A DNA stretch of 64,000 nt from Cyanophyceae cyanobacterium (GTDB lineage: Bacteria; Cyanobacteriota; Cyanobacteriia; Cyanobacteriales; Laspinemataceae). The position numbers were made by a program, and so were the translations under genes. Within the stretch, counting starts at the first letter, position 1; every line of letters starts with the position of its first letter. The stretch spans positions 32,001 to 96,000 of the forward strand of contig JBBQFN010000014.1 of assembly GCA_038321985.1 (NCBI GenBank), written 5' to 3'. Below the pieces are notes generated by a model. The model searched no databases. It saw only the letters and a program-made list of their open reading frames with translations, and was not told the DNA's origin. This document shows positions 10,817 to 22,852 of the stretch, piece after piece.

Positions 10817-11410
10817 ATGCGCGATCGCCACCCCAACAGTTACTCCCTACAGTCCCCGGATTTAGCGCAGGAGAACGGTCTAGTTCTCCTGAAACCCTTT
10901 ACCGCCGCCGCCCAGGAAACGATACTATCCTCCAAGTGCGGCCCGGGGCGGGTTACCGAGACTCTATCCCAATTGTTAACCCAACACGTTCGCGGCACAA
11001 ACTGTCAAATTTCTCTCCATCCGAGTCCAGTTCATATTAAATCCGCCTCGGCTTATTACTATCCTGATTTAGTGGTCAGTTACGACCCGCGCGATCGCCA
11101 AGCCAATTGCCCGATCGCCGAGGGAGTCATTCAATATCCCTGTTTGATTATCGATGTCATCTCGGACCCCTTTCTAACCCGGGAAAAACAGGAGCAATTT
11201 GACCACTACCGCCAAATTGAAACCTTAGAAGAATATGTTTGGCTTGATCCAACTCAACCCAAACTGGAATGTTTTCGCAAAATTCAACCCGGGGTTTGGG
11301 AACAGTATCGATACGAACTAGGGCATGATGTTTATTTGGATAGTCTGAGCTTTTTGATAGAAATTGAAGCCATTTATAAGCCCGTACTCATCGGGTCCCG
11401 TAAGGGCTGA
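10817..11410 (+). CDS. Uma2-family (PD-(D/E)XK) endonuclease-like protein, divergent
   Basis: YYYPDLVV...YPCLIIDVIS...YRQIETLEEYV resembles cyanobacterial Uma2 proteins. Confidence 0.7.
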   Translation: MRDRHPNSYSLQSPDLAQENGLVLLKPFTAAAQETILSSKCGPGRVTETLSQLLTQHVRGTNCQISLHPSPVHIKSASAYYYPDLVVSYDPRDRQANCPIAEGVIQYPCLIIDVISDPFLTREKQEQFDHYRQIETLEEYVWLDPTQPKLECFRKIQPGVWEQYRYELGHDVYLDSLSFLIEIEAIYKPVLIGSRKG

Positions 11411-11418
11411 AATTCCGT

Positions 11419-11928
11419 TTAATCCAGCAGTTTATCCAAGTTCAGATAAAAGGCAATTGCACCGGCATCAGTCGTAATAATTTTTTCGACCGCTGCCGGC
11501 GCAGAGTTTTTGCCTTGGCTACCTTGTCGGTAGGAGGTGGGAACTTCCTCAAATTTATCTTCGGGAACGTCTAAAATTGCGGGTAAATTCTGAAGCGGAA
11601 TCCCAATCCGATCGCCATTGCTGACCCTGCAAATAATTAGATAGGACGGTTCCCGATCAGAAGGCTCTGGAGTGAGAAACAGGCTAGATAGATCCAACAG
11701 AGTAATCAAATCCGAATCAATTTTAACCAAGCTGCGTCCCCCTTCAAGGGTACCCTTAGCGGTAAATTCCGTAAGGACGCGCTGCACCCGTTCAATGGCG
11801 ATCGCATAGGTTTCCCCAGCGACTTCAAAAACTACCAGCTTGCGAGTTGGGATGCGCTGATCCGTGGATTTTTTATTGTGGAAACGGCGGCTGTACTTAG
11901 AGGGAGAAAACATAGTAGGCAGAATCAA
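11419..11928 (-). CDS. cheW: CheW-like coupling protein
   Basis: LVVFEVAGETYAIAIERVQRV and C-terminal LNLDKLL; last gene of the taxis operon. Confidence 0.8.
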   Translation of the reverse strand: MILPTMFSPSKYSRRFHNKKSTDQRIPTRKLVVFEVAGETYAIAIERVQRVLTEFTAKGTLEGGRSLVKIDSDLITLLDLSSLFLTPEPSDREPSYLIICRVSNGDRIGIPLQNLPAILDVPEDKFEEVPTSYRQGSQGKNSAPAAVEKIITTDAGAIAFYLNLDKLLD

Positions 11929-12002
11929 GGAGGGGTGGGAAACTAGAAAAATTTTTAGACAAAAATTAGCGCAAAATTAGCTCAATTGTAATTAAATTAA
12001 AA

Positions 12003-14852
12003 TCAGGTTTTCACTCCAATTAATTGAGCGATCGCATCTAAGAGTTGGCGTTCATTATAAGGTTTAGTAAAATATTGAACCGCCCCCAATTCTAGGGCTC
12101 GTTGTCGATGTTTAGCACCGCTGCGAGAGGTCAACATTGCCACCGGAATATTAGAAAAATGGGGATTTTCTTTGACTGCCGCAAGGAATTCAAACCCATC
12201 CATCCGGGGCATTTCAATATCTGCAATAATTAAAGCACACTTTAATCCGTGATGCAATTGTTCCAGAGCATCTTGACCATCTTTAGCCTGAGCAACACGA
12301 TACCGGGCTCGGGTTAAGGTTAAAGATAACATTTGACGAATTGTATAAGAGTCATCCATCACTAAAATTTGGGGTTGAGACGGGAGGGGGGGGAGCAGAG
12401 GTACCGGCGCACGAGTGCCTGGGGGGAGGAGGGGGTTACTCTGTCCTGGATTGTCACTGTGGATGACAACCGCTTTTTGTAAGTGAGGGTGGAGTTGTCC
12501 GATCAAATCATCCACATCGAGAATACTGACCACTTCTCCATCCCCGAGAATGGTGCAGCCGAGGATACCTGTTGGTTTTGATAACGGTTGGGGGAGGGGT
12601 TTGACGACAAGTTCTTGCTGTCCGACGAGGCGATCGACGACGATGGCGAGAATTCCTTCACTAGAGCTTAAAACGAGCACCGGCATATAGTCTTCCCCAA
12701 TAGGAATCGGTGAGGGTAGATCTTGTGTTGACTGGTGGTAAGCGAGTAAATTATTTAAGGGAACCAACCGAATATACTCATCGCGCCAGCGTAACATCGG
12801 TTGATGCATCGCCATTTGGATTTCACTGCCGTTAACGTGCAAAATTTCTTCCACGGCATCAAGGGGTAAGGCGAGGGTATGATGTTCGATGCGCACTAAT
12901 AACGCATCGGAAATCGAGAGCATTAAAGGGAGTTTAATGATAAAACTGCTACCCCGACCGATGCGAGAGTCTACTTTAACCGTGCCTCGCACTTGGCGCA
13001 GATTGCTGCGCACAATATCCAACCCAACCCCGCGTCCTGATAAATCAGTCACCTCACGAGTGGTACTGAATCCGGACCAAAATAGGAAGTCGTAGAGTTC
13101 GTTAATGGACAGTTCGAGTGCTTGTTCTGCCGAGACGAGATTTAATTCGACCAGACGTGAGCGGATTTTTTCCGGGTCGATGCCTTTGCCGTCATCGGAG
13201 ACCGTGACGATCGTTTGTCCCCCTTGATGCCGCGCTTGGATTTCAATTTGTCCGTTAGGGGGTTTGCCTGCGGCTTTCCGTTCTTCCGGGGTTTCGATCC
13301 CGTGATCGAAAGCATTTCGCACTAAATGTACCAAGGGGTCACGCAAGGCGTGTAACAAACTTTCATCGATTTTTGTATCCCGTCCGATGAGCAGGAGATT
13401 GACATCTTTATCATAAGTGCGGGACATATCCCGGATGGCGCGCGGCAGGTGATCCACGGCGCGGCTGAAACTGACGACGCGTAACTGCATCACTTGAGAA
13501 CGGAGGCGATCGCAAATTCGACGCAAGCGGTCGGTACTGCGGTCGAGATTGATGGCTACTTCGTCGATTTTAGCGCTAGAGTGAGCGATCGCCTGGGTCG
13601 TTTCAATGGTATCTCGGGCGGTATCATGAAACTCTGTATAATGATCCATTTCTAGGCTGTCGAAACCCTGGGGATGTGCCACTAATCTACTTCGAGTGCG
13701 CCGTTCTCCCGCGAGGCGATCGTATTCTTCCCGCAGTTGTACCCCAAATTGATTTAACTCGCGGATGTGCCGTCGCAGCCGCTTGACTTCCCCGCGCAGT
13801 TGGGTTTCCTGCACTTCTAAATGGGTGCGGTTAATCACCAATTCTCCTACAAGGTCCACGAGTTCCGTTAGGCGATCGAGTTCGACCCGGATTGTGGGTC
13901 TGACGGGGGGTTCGGCGGCGGCAGAAGCCGTGAGTATGGAGGAATTGGGGAGAGGAACACTCAGGTTGGCTTCTGGGGGAGGGAGTTCTGTCCCAGACGA
14001 TACCAGGGAAATCCCCAGATCCGGGGTGAGATTGGGAAGGTCCATCGGTTGCAGGACGATGGGTACTTCTTGTAAGACTTGTTCCCGGACAGTTTCCAAG
14101 TTTTGGGCGATCGCCCAGCCAATTTTTTGGAGGTTTTCTAAGGATAGATTGGGGGTGTCAATTGTCACCCGCAAACGCTCGGCAATTTCCCCCAATTCGG
14201 GGACATTTAACATTGCAGCTAAACCGGAAAGCTGATAGTAAATTTCGTTAAATGCACGGTAAGACTCCTCGGAATTCTCGGCGTGCATTTGAGAAAGTTC
14301 GGTTTCTAAGCGGTTGAAGATGGGCGGTAAATCTTGTTTGAAAATAGTCTGAATGACCCCGGCATTGGCGGGATTTTTTTGCATCCATTCCGCCGGTTTT
14401 TTCACTCCCCCCCATTCGGCTTCTAACTGTTTGTGGATGCGAGTGATCGCCTCCAAACCTTCCTGAAAATTGTCCGGGTCTTCTTGTTGATTTTCTTGGA
14501 CCAATTCGACGGATTGGGCTGTGAGTTTTTTTAACCAATCCACGGCTTCGAGAAGGTGAGTAATTGAATTGGAACTCACCGGAATATCTTCCGGGCGATC
14601 GCGCAGGATTGCAAAACAATCTTCTAGGGAGTGCGCGCCGGTAGACAGAGACTGAAAGCCAAACATTAACGCCGACCCCTTAATCGAGTGAGCCGCCCGA
14701 AACATTTCCTTAATGGTGCTTTTTCGCTCTGTTGCTGTCTCGATTTGTTCCATTTGTAACAACTGAGTTTCTAAGGCGTTTAAGAACTCGTCCGTTTCAG
14801 CAATAAACGCCCCTAGAAGCTCTTTAATATCGTTAAAGTCCATCAATGGCAT
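12003..14852 (-). CDS. cheA: Hybrid CheA (PilL/ChpA-type) kinase with C-terminal receiver
   Basis: AAHSIKG Hpt, HLVRNAFDHGIE, DDGKGID, SGRGVGLDIV, REC with LTSRSGAKHR (TFP-class signature). Confidence 0.93.
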   Translation of the reverse strand: MPLMDFNDIKELLGAFIAETDEFLNALETQLLQMEQIETATERKSTIKEMFRAAHSIKGSALMFGFQSLSTGAHSLEDCFAILRDRPEDIPVSSNSITHLLEAVDWLKKLTAQSVELVQENQQEDPDNFQEGLEAITRIHKQLEAEWGGVKKPAEWMQKNPANAGVIQTIFKQDLPPIFNRLETELSQMHAENSEESYRAFNEIYYQLSGLAAMLNVPELGEIAERLRVTIDTPNLSLENLQKIGWAIAQNLETVREQVLQEVPIVLQPMDLPNLTPDLGISLVSSGTELPPPEANLSVPLPNSSILTASAAAEPPVRPTIRVELDRLTELVDLVGELVINRTHLEVQETQLRGEVKRLRRHIRELNQFGVQLREEYDRLAGERRTRSRLVAHPQGFDSLEMDHYTEFHDTARDTIETTQAIAHSSAKIDEVAINLDRSTDRLRRICDRLRSQVMQLRVVSFSRAVDHLPRAIRDMSRTYDKDVNLLLIGRDTKIDESLLHALRDPLVHLVRNAFDHGIETPEERKAAGKPPNGQIEIQARHQGGQTIVTVSDDGKGIDPEKIRSRLVELNLVSAEQALELSINELYDFLFWSGFSTTREVTDLSGRGVGLDIVRSNLRQVRGTVKVDSRIGRGSSFIIKLPLMLSISDALLVRIEHHTLALPLDAVEEILHVNGSEIQMAMHQPMLRWRDEYIRLVPLNNLLAYHQSTQDLPSPIPIGEDYMPVLVLSSSEGILAIVVDRLVGQQELVVKPLPQPLSKPTGILGCTILGDGEVVSILDVDDLIGQLHPHLQKAVVIHSDNPGQSNPLLPPGTRAPVPLLPPLPSQPQILVMDDSYTIRQMLSLTLTRARYRVAQAKDGQDALEQLHHGLKCALIIADIEMPRMDGFEFLAAVKENPHFSNIPVAMLTSRSGAKHRQRALELGAVQYFTKPYNERQLLDAIAQLIGVKT

Positions 14853-15204
14853 AATTATTCAAAATAGAAGTGTCAGGGACAAAATTAGAGGAAAACTTCG
14901 GAGAGTTCCGCTATTCCTAGGGGTATCATTAAATCGAACGGAGGGGTTTTATGGTGTACCGTTCCGGTCAAATAAGTAGATGCACATCCTTAAAGTTAAC
15001 GGGAGATCCGACCCCTTAGTTGGCTTTTGATGATGGGGCTGATGTAATAAAATTAGAACCCCCTCTGGTTCCCCTGCTTTAAGTTGGGGCTTAACATTTT
15101 TAAGCCGTGACTTTCATCCCGATATAAACCTTACTCTAGCTCAGTAAAGGTGAGGGGAGTGGAATTGCCTCCCCCTATGACTTTTTACCCTTAACGAAAC
15201 TTCC

Positions 15205-18200
15205 CTAACTGCGGAAATGAGAAACAGAATCTTGAAGCTGATTGACGGCGATCGCCAGTCCATCCAGAGAACGACGAACTTGCACGGATTTTTCTGCCGT
15301 TGTGGTAGAAATTCCGCTGACTTGTTGCATCACCGCAGAAATTTCCGTAGCATTTTTTGTTTGACTGGTAGCGGCCCGAGTAATATTTTGAACTAAGGCA
15401 TTCATTTGGCGACTCACTTCAATAATGGCAACTAAATGATGTTTAGCTTCAGCGGCTAATTTAGTTCCGGCTACCACCTCCTGAGTGCCTGCTTCCATTG
15501 CTTCCGTAACTCGGCCAATTTCACTGCGAATTTGTTCAACAATTTCGGAAATTTCCTCCGTTGCTGAACCGGAGCGATCGGCTAATTTACGGATCTCTTC
15601 GGCGACTACAGCAAACCCTAAACCCTGCTCTCCTGCTCTTGCTGCTTCAATGGTCGCATTCAAAGCTAACAAGTTAGTTTGAGCCGCAATTTGAGAAATC
15701 GAAGTCACAATTTTGCCAATTTGTTGAGAGCTTTCTCCCAGGCGCTTAATCATTTTCCCGGTTTGAGAAATGGTTTGCCGCAGTTCGTTAATCCCCTCCA
15801 CCGCTCGGTCTACCGATTGCCCCCCCACTTCTGCGGTTTCTGCCGCTTGATGGGCCACATTTTCGGCTTTTTGAGCCACGATACAAATATCTTGAATCGA
15901 GTGAGCCATGCGCTCGATTTGGCCCAAGGAAACCTCAACTTGTTGGGCTTGTTCTCCGGCCCGTTCCGTTAAATCTTGGGTATTTGCAATGGATTCTCGG
16001 GTCGCGGTTCGCACTTCTGTAGCCAGTTCTTGAATCCCGGTTACCACTTTTCTCAGGGAGGAAACCAGGAAGTTAAAGGAGTCAGCTAAGGCTCCAAGAA
16101 CGTTGTTATTGACTTCTGCACGAACCGTTAAATCCCCTTTGGCTGCTCCTTTAATTTCAGTCAATAGCTTGAGAACCTGTTGAGTTAGGGAATCGGCTTC
16201 TGCCTTGCGGTCTAAGGCCACTTTTTCTAACTCTTGGGCGACTTGTTGACGCTCAGTGATATCAAAGCGAATACCAATATATTTGACGACTTGGCCGTGA
16301 GGGTCAAATATAGGAGAAATGGTGGTATCTACCCAATAATATTCGCCATTTTTTCTCTGGTTTCTAAGTTCTCCTTTCCAAACTCGACCGGAGGTGATGG
16401 TTTTCCACATTTCCTCAAAGACCGATTTGGGATGATATCCCGAGTTAATCAAACGGTGGTTTTTGCCGACTAATTCAGCGCGAGAATATCCGGAGATTTG
16501 GCAGAATTTATCATTAACAAAGGTAATGTTTCCTTGAGGGTCAGTTTCGCTGACGATCGCCGCTTCATCTAAGGCATTTTGGCGAGTTTTGAACTCTTGC
16601 AACAGTTGCTCTTGTTCCACCGCCAGCAAGCGAAATTGTTCCTGGGTTTGTTTGATTGGGGTGATATCATGACCGATCGCATAAAGCACTTGCTGTTCTA
16701 GGGCACCCTTTGCACTCCAAGCTAGCCAGCGATAAGACCCATCTTTACAGCGATAGCGATTTTCAAAATAAATGGTCTCTTTTCCACTAGCAAGTTTTTC
16801 CGCTTCAGCAAGGCTGGCTTCATGATCTTCGGGATGAATTAAATCGATAAAAGGCTTTCCAATCAGTTCTGATTCGCTGTAACCGAGAATTTTTAGCCAA
16901 GCTGAATTAACCCGCCGAAATAAGCCATCAAACCCCACCACCAGGAATAGATCTAGGGAAATACTAAAGAAGCGATCGGAGGCTAATTCGGCTAATTTGT
17001 GTTCGGTAATATCGCTATAAACTCCTAACCATTCCCGAATGCTACCATCGCTGTTGTTCAGAATTGGTACCGCCCGAACGCTCATATATCGGTACTCACC
17101 ATCGTGACGGCGCAGACGGTGTTCAGCTTGATAAAGAACCCGATTTTGCACCGCATTGAACCAGGCTTTTGCAGTCTGTTCCCGTTCCTCGGCATGGACG
17201 GCATTAAGCCATCCTCGACCCTTAATCTGGTCGAATGTCTGTCCGGTGAAGGTATTCCAACTGGGTTGTTCCGTGACAAATTCTCCGTCTTCAGCGGTGT
17301 TCCAGATAATTTGAGAGGTGGCTTCAATCAGGGAACGGAAGCGACTTTCCGAAATTTGCAAGGCTTTTTCAGCTTGTTTGCGATCGCTGATGTCGATTCC
17401 CATTTCCAGAACCAGCAGTTTCCCATCGACATCGTTACAGGGGTAATCGTAAATTTGATAAGTGCGACCCGTGCTCAGGTCTTGCCATTCCCACTGCTGC
17501 GGCTGTTTGGTTTCAAAGACTTGGGTACGAACCGGGGAATGCAGTTTACCCCCTGGGTTCAACAGGGTAGCAGCAGCAACCGGGTCACCAAAGAACTCGG
17601 TAAAATGGCGGTTTGCTAGCTGCACGGTATGGCTGCGATCCACTAGGTAGAGGAAAGCGGGAATTCCCTCAAACAGGGTGGTCAGTCGCTGGTGTTCTGC
17701 TTCTAAAGCCTTTTCAATCGCTTTGCGATCGCTGATATCTCGCACTAAAGCCAGGAGTAAGGTTTCCCCCTGGGAAGAAAATTTGCCCAGGCGGATTTCT
17801 ACGGGGAAGGTACTGCCATTAGCCCGACGGTATAGACTTTCTAAAGTAAGGGCTTCACTGGGCTTTAATTGGGCCACGGCTGCGGTGCGATCGGCAGTGC
17901 GGACCGAGGTTTCGATCGCCTCTAAATTCAAGCCTAACAGTTGATTTTCACTGTATCCTAAGCTCTCGCACGCCTGTTGATTGACGGCTAATATTCTACC
18001 GTCTAATGTAGTTAAAAAGAAGGCATCCGCAGCATTTTCAATCAACTGTCGGAACCGTTCTTCACTTTCGGCGAGTGCTTCTTCTTGTTGTTTGCGATGG
18101 CTAATATCCCGAATAATTGTAGAAATGCATTCAATTTCACCATTTTCATTTTTCTGTGCGATCAGGACTTGGGAGGCGGGAATTAATTCCCCATTCCGGG

Positions 18201-18888
18201 GTTTTAGCCGGATTTCTCCACTCCACACTCCCTCGGAGATGGTCGTGGCAAGCGCCTGTTTTAATGCCTGCTGATCCGGTCCCTCCCGTACAAAATCAAA
18301 AGCTGTGAAATTAGAGACGGGTTCATCTTCTGAAATCCCCGTCATCTTGCGCGAGGCGGGATTCAAATAGATTACTAAACCCTGGCTATCACAGATGCCT
18401 ACAAAATCCGGCGTATTCTCGATAATTTTCGCCAATCGTTTCAAAGAATCTTCTGCTTGCTTCCGTTCCTTGATTTCCCATTGGAGGGCTTGATTGGTGG
18501 CTTCTAATTGCACTTTAGCGCTGGGTAAAGCCAGGGCTGCGGGCAGGATCGGGATTATTTTTAAGGCCGTTAACAGCGAGATAGCAGCACTCAAGGCTTT
18601 AATGCTACTAGATACCCAATAGTCTGGATGCCAAAGGGTCCAGACTTCCATCCCATGAGTAAATCCGGCGGTAATAATAAAGGCCGCAAATAACAAAAAA
18701 ATGCCGCTAAAGGGCAAATCTTGACGTTGACGGATGAAATAAATCAACATCCCCACAATCGAAAAATAGGCCAGGGCGATCGCCAAGTCTGACCCGAAGT
18801 TAAGCCACATTAAAACCGGATTTCCCAGGTAGCAATGGCCGTGAGGAATAAAATTTTCGCTCAGAACGATAAGTAAAGGATCTAGCAT
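15205..18888 (-). CDS. Giant MCP: ethylene-receptor-like N-terminal membrane domain, about 6 PAS domains, MCP signalling domain
   Basis: PHGHCY...[12 protein letters not shown]...FIITAGFTH; repeated DIS/DIT-xRK PAS ends; [37 protein letters not shown]. Confidence 0.9.
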   Translation of the reverse strand: MLDPLLIVLSENFIPHGHCYLGNPVLMWLNFGSDLAIALAYFSIVGMLIYFIRQRQDLPFSGIFLLFAAFIITAGFTHGMEVWTLWHPDYWVSSSIKALSAAISLLTALKIIPILPAALALPSAKVQLEATNQALQWEIKERKQAEDSLKRLAKIIENTPDFVGICDSQGLVIYLNPASRKMTGISEDEPVSNFTAFDFVREGPDQQALKQALATTISEGVWSGEIRLKPRNGELIPASQVLIAQKNENGEIECISTIIRDISHRKQQEEALAESEERFRQLIENAADAFFLTTLDGRILAVNQQACESLGYSENQLLGLNLEAIETSVRTADRTAAVAQLKPSEALTLESLYRRANGSTFPVEIRLGKFSSQGETLLLALVRDISDRKAIEKALEAEHQRLTTLFEGIPAFLYLVDRSHTVQLANRHFTEFFGDPVAAATLLNPGGKLHSPVRTQVFETKQPQQWEWQDLSTGRTYQIYDYPCNDVDGKLLVLEMGIDISDRKQAEKALQISESRFRSLIEATSQIIWNTAEDGEFVTEQPSWNTFTGQTFDQIKGRGWLNAVHAEEREQTAKAWFNAVQNRVLYQAEHRLRRHDGEYRYMSVRAVPILNNSDGSIREWLGVYSDITEHKLAELASDRFFSISLDLFLVVGFDGLFRRVNSAWLKILGYSESELIGKPFIDLIHPEDHEASLAEAEKLASGKETIYFENRYRCKDGSYRWLAWSAKGALEQQVLYAIGHDITPIKQTQEQFRLLAVEQEQLLQEFKTRQNALDEAAIVSETDPQGNITFVNDKFCQISGYSRAELVGKNHRLINSGYHPKSVFEEMWKTITSGRVWKGELRNQRKNGEYYWVDTTISPIFDPHGQVVKYIGIRFDITERQQVAQELEKVALDRKAEADSLTQQVLKLLTEIKGAAKGDLTVRAEVNNNVLGALADSFNFLVSSLRKVVTGIQELATEVRTATRESIANTQDLTERAGEQAQQVEVSLGQIERMAHSIQDICIVAQKAENVAHQAAETAEVGGQSVDRAVEGINELRQTISQTGKMIKRLGESSQQIGKIVTSISQIAAQTNLLALNATIEAARAGEQGLGFAVVAEEIRKLADRSGSATEEISEIVEQIRSEIGRVTEAMEAGTQEVVAGTKLAAEAKHHLVAIIEVSRQMNALVQNITRAATSQTKNATEISAVMQQVSGISTTTAEKSVQVRRSLDGLAIAVNQLQDSVSHFRS

Positions 18889-19030
18889 ACAGGGTGAGTT
18901 AATCCGAAAGGACTTTTAGGGAGTCAGAATGAGAGAGAACTATTTCATTAATGACCCTAGAGAATATAGAGACCCGGTAGAGTCACCGCCAAGTTTAATC
19001 CTCCCCAGTTGAGTTTTGGCCTCGGATCCG

Positions 19031-22000
19031 CTAACTTCGGAAATGGGCCACTGATTGCTGAAGACTATCCACTGAAATCGCCAATCCATCTAAAGAATTC
19101 TTAACTTCTACGGATTTTTCTGTAGTATTTCCAGAAATGGCGCTCACGGCCCGAATAACACTCACAATCTCCGTAGCACTATTCGTCTGCTTCGTTGCTG
19201 CGAGGGTAATATTTTGGACTAAGGCATTCATTTCCCCACTGACTTGGATGATTTCAATCAAATGAGTTTTCGCTTCTGCGGCCAGCTTGGTCCCGATCGC
19301 CACTTCCTGAGTGCCTGCCTCCATCGCTTCAATTGCCCGTCCAATTTCACTCCTGATCTGTTCGACAATTTCCGAAATTTCCTCCGTTGCCAATCCCGAG
19401 CGATCGGCTAACTTACGGATTTCTTCAGCGACAACAGCAAAACCTAGCCCCTGTTCTCCGGCTCTGGCCGCTTCAATCGTAGCATTAAGTGCCAACAAAT
19501 TGGTCTGGGCAGCAATTTGCGAAATTGAAGTCACAATCTTACCAATTTGTTGAGAACTGTCTCCTAAGCGTTTAATGGTTTTCCCGGTTTGGGAAAGGGT
19601 TTGCCGCAGCTCGTTAATGGCATCCCCAGCTCGATCCACTGATTGCCCTCCTATTTTAGCTTTTTCAGCGGCTTTTTGCGCCACTTTTTCCGCTTGTTGA
19701 GACACGGCAAAAACTTCTTCAATTGAGTTAACAATTTTCTGGATTTTATGAATTGTCTCTTCAATTTTTTGAGCTTGCTCTTGGGCTTGTCGCCCCAACT
19801 CCTGGGTGTTAGAAATTGATTCTCCCGTGGCAATATTAGCTTCGGTTGCCAAATGTTGAATTCCCTTAACCACTTTCCGCAAGGAAGAAATCAAAAAGTT
19901 AAACGAGTCCGCTAAGGTCCCGAGAATATCGGTGGACACCTCCGCCCGAACGGTTAAATCCCCCTTAGCTGCGCCTTTAATTTCTCCCAAAAGTTTGAGG
20001 ACCTGTTGAGTTAAAGAATCCATCTCCGCTTGACGTTGAGCCGACATGATTTCCAAGGAGGCGATTAACTGACTTTTTTCGGTTTCAGCTTCGAGGCGAT
20101 CGCGGACTTCTTGTTGGAGTTGAGCATTACTTCTCTGCAACTCCTGGGTTCGTTCTTCAACTCGATTTTCTAATTCCACTGCTAACTGTTTTAAGGCCCC
20201 TTGATTCTGCCGTTGTTCGGTTACATCTCGGGTAATTTTAGAGAAGCCTTGCAACTGTCCTTTTGAGTCCCACAACGGCGTAATAATCACATTGGCCCAG
20301 AACTTACTACCATCTTTTTTGACCCGATATCCTTCGTCTTCAAACCGTCCTATATTTTGGGCAATGGTTAGTTCTGCCTCGGGTTTTCCACTAAATCGCT
20401 CTTCTCGGGTATAAAACCGCTGAAAAGATTGTCCCATGATTTCTTGAGAGTGATATCCTTTAATTCGTTGAGCGCCCTCATTCCAACTCACAACTCGCCC
20501 CTCTACATCCAGCCGAATAATTGCATAATCCTTGATACTTTCAACGAGGGACCGAAATCCTTCTTCACTTTCTCGGAGAGCTTCTTCGGCTTTTTTGCGT
20601 TCGGTAATATCTATCCCGGAAGCAATATATCCGAAAAAATTTCCCTCCGTATCAAAGCGAGGTAACCCACTCATCCAATTCCAACAATACACCCCGTCCC
20701 ATCGTTGTAGTCGTACTTCTAATTGGAAGGGTTGTCGCTCATCAAAAGCATTTTGATAAGCATTAACACAACGGTCTCGGTCGTCGGGATGCAATACAGC
20801 CATCCATCCATAACCGAGGTCTTTTTCAATGGGTCGTCCGGTAAATTCCCCCCACCGTTTGTTAAAATAAGTTAATTGTTTGTCAGAGCCAGCAATCCAA
20901 ATAATGGCGGGAACGGTATCTGCCATAACGCGAAATTTTTGTTCGCTTTCTTGTAAGGCGCGTTCGGCTTGTTTCCGCTCGCTAATATCAAGAACAATCG
21001 CCACACAGGAAAGTTTATGAGTCTGCGCAGCGAGTTGAAGATATATCTCAGTTGGATAGAAACTTCCATCAGCTCGGCGATGCATTCCTTCAAACCGAAT
21101 GCTCTGTTGGTGGCCCTCTAATAAGGGAGCCAAAATAGTTCTAACGTCCTCCAAATTCGCTACCGCTGGATTAATATCCATTGCTGTTTTTTCGAGGATT
21201 TCTTCCTGAGAATACCCCAAATTAAGACAGGCCCCTTTATTAACATACTCGAAGCCCAGGGTATCCACATTCAAAATATAAATCTCATTAAGACTAGACT
21301 CCACTAGATTAAACAACCGCATTCTTTCTTGTTCGGTTTGGATGCGATCGGTAATCACTTCCGTCATGATAATAATTCCTTCGATTTCTCCGGTGCGATC
21401 GCCCCAGGGATAAATTTCCCATTTCACCCAGTCGATGCGGCCATCGGTCTGGGGAAAGGGTTCAGCTTCACAGTTTAGATGTTCTCCAGCCAAGGCCCGC
21501 TGGTAAAGTTGTTTCCATCGGTCGGCAATTTCTGGAAACAACTCGTAGTGCGATCGCCCTACAATATCTCTAATATTACGGATATCTTTTCTGTTCTCAA
21601 GTTTATAATCCCTTATCCACTGTTGTGACGTCAGGACATAGCACATTTCGCGATCAAGCATGGCAACCGCTGCCGGTAGATTTTCTACAAATAATTTTAG
21701 TTTTTCCTCACTTTTGCGGAGTTCATTTTCGAGGGTGAGGCGACTGGTAATATCTCGCACACTTACCCAAATCACCTCTTGATTGTCCACTAAGGTAATT
21801 TTTTTGGCTAATATTTCTACCTCAAATACGCTGCCCTCTTTCGGTTTTCGGGCGGTCCATCTCAACCTTTTTTCGGTACTGAGGGACTTTTCAAACCCAG
21901 GGATCGAAGCCTCAAAATTGGATAAATTTTTAAAAAAGTTTTTCCCCCGGAGTTGGGCGGGGTCCATGCCATATAATTGACTGGCTTTCTGATTCGCATC

Positions 22001-22807
22001 TAGGATTTTTCCGCTCCTGTCTTGAATCAAAATTGCCTCATCTATTTGATTGAATACCCCTGTAAAATCGGTGGCGATCGCCTCAGCATATCCCCGAATT
22101 TCTTGGTAGGTTGAAACCATTCCCACCTGATTTCCTTGGGGCGTTTTAACTGGGAATTTATGGATTTTCCAAAGCAATTCGGGAGAATCGCTATTTTCAC
22201 GATCCGGGGATTGGACCAAAAGGGTTTGGGAATCCTCGGTGACGACTGCCCCTGAGTGGATTTGCTGCGAGGATTCTTTACCCGGCCCAGAGAGTCCCGC
22301 GTCAGTTTTGCCCCTGACTTGTACCCGTGATGTCATCCCCACTTGTTCCGCAAAGCGCTGGTTGCCCCCGAGGTAAAGCCCCTGATCGTCTTGCCACGAG
22401 ACCGCAAAGGGTAGGCGATCGAGGGCAAGCTGCATGAATGAACCGGAAGGAAACATTCCACTCCCGAGAGTTTCGCTGAGGCTGTTACGGTAAGTGAGAA
22501 GAGCAATTGTAACAGCGATCGCGCTGACCCCTTCCAGACAGTAGCCCAGAATTTCCCATCCTGATAAGGAGACGGCGTGGGTAGAGAAAACCTGGAAGCA
22601 GCGATTGCCCGTTACGATCGCCATCCAAAAGCAAACTATCCATAAAAAACGACAATGCAGCCGAGAGAGGCTCAGATGAAGTAAGATTAAAGTCATCCCC
22701 AAATAAGACAGGGCAATGGCTAATTCGGCTATGCCTTGTATCCCCACCCCATTAGGATTAATCCCGAGGGCTAGATACAGTTGAGAAACCATCCCGTTAA
22801 TTCGCAT
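19031..22807 (-). CDS. Giant multi-PAS MCP with N-terminal membrane domain; paralog of the adjacent MCP
   Basis: Multiple PAS/PAC repeats; signalling domain near-identical to 15205..18888. Confidence 0.9.
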   Translation of the reverse strand: MRINGMVSQLYLALGINPNGVGIQGIAELAIALSYLGMTLILLHLSLSRLHCRFLWIVCFWMAIVTGNRCFQVFSTHAVSLSGWEILGYCLEGVSAIAVTIALLTYRNSLSETLGSGMFPSGSFMQLALDRLPFAVSWQDDQGLYLGGNQRFAEQVGMTSRVQVRGKTDAGLSGPGKESSQQIHSGAVVTEDSQTLLVQSPDRENSDSPELLWKIHKFPVKTPQGNQVGMVSTYQEIRGYAEAIATDFTGVFNQIDEAILIQDRSGKILDANQKASQLYGMDPAQLRGKNFFKNLSNFEASIPGFEKSLSTEKRLRWTARKPKEGSVFEVEILAKKITLVDNQEVIWVSVRDITSRLTLENELRKSEEKLKLFVENLPAAVAMLDREMCYVLTSQQWIRDYKLENRKDIRNIRDIVGRSHYELFPEIADRWKQLYQRALAGEHLNCEAEPFPQTDGRIDWVKWEIYPWGDRTGEIEGIIIMTEVITDRIQTEQERMRLFNLVESSLNEIYILNVDTLGFEYVNKGACLNLGYSQEEILEKTAMDINPAVANLEDVRTILAPLLEGHQQSIRFEGMHRRADGSFYPTEIYLQLAAQTHKLSCVAIVLDISERKQAERALQESEQKFRVMADTVPAIIWIAGSDKQLTYFNKRWGEFTGRPIEKDLGYGWMAVLHPDDRDRCVNAYQNAFDERQPFQLEVRLQRWDGVYCWNWMSGLPRFDTEGNFFGYIASGIDITERKKAEEALRESEEGFRSLVESIKDYAIIRLDVEGRVVSWNEGAQRIKGYHSQEIMGQSFQRFYTREERFSGKPEAELTIAQNIGRFEDEGYRVKKDGSKFWANVIITPLWDSKGQLQGFSKITRDVTEQRQNQGALKQLAVELENRVEERTQELQRSNAQLQQEVRDRLEAETEKSQLIASLEIMSAQRQAEMDSLTQQVLKLLGEIKGAAKGDLTVRAEVSTDILGTLADSFNFLISSLRKVVKGIQHLATEANIATGESISNTQELGRQAQEQAQKIEETIHKIQKIVNSIEEVFAVSQQAEKVAQKAAEKAKIGGQSVDRAGDAINELRQTLSQTGKTIKRLGDSSQQIGKIVTSISQIAAQTNLLALNATIEAARAGEQGLGFAVVAEEIRKLADRSGLATEEISEIVEQIRSEIGRAIEAMEAGTQEVAIGTKLAAEAKTHLIEIIQVSGEMNALVQNITLAATKQTNSATEIVSVIRAVSAISGNTTEKSVEVKNSLDGLAISVDSLQQSVAHFRS

Positions 22808-22852
22808 AATTTATTCAAAAGATAAAGAAAAAATTTCAAATTTTTAGGCCCT

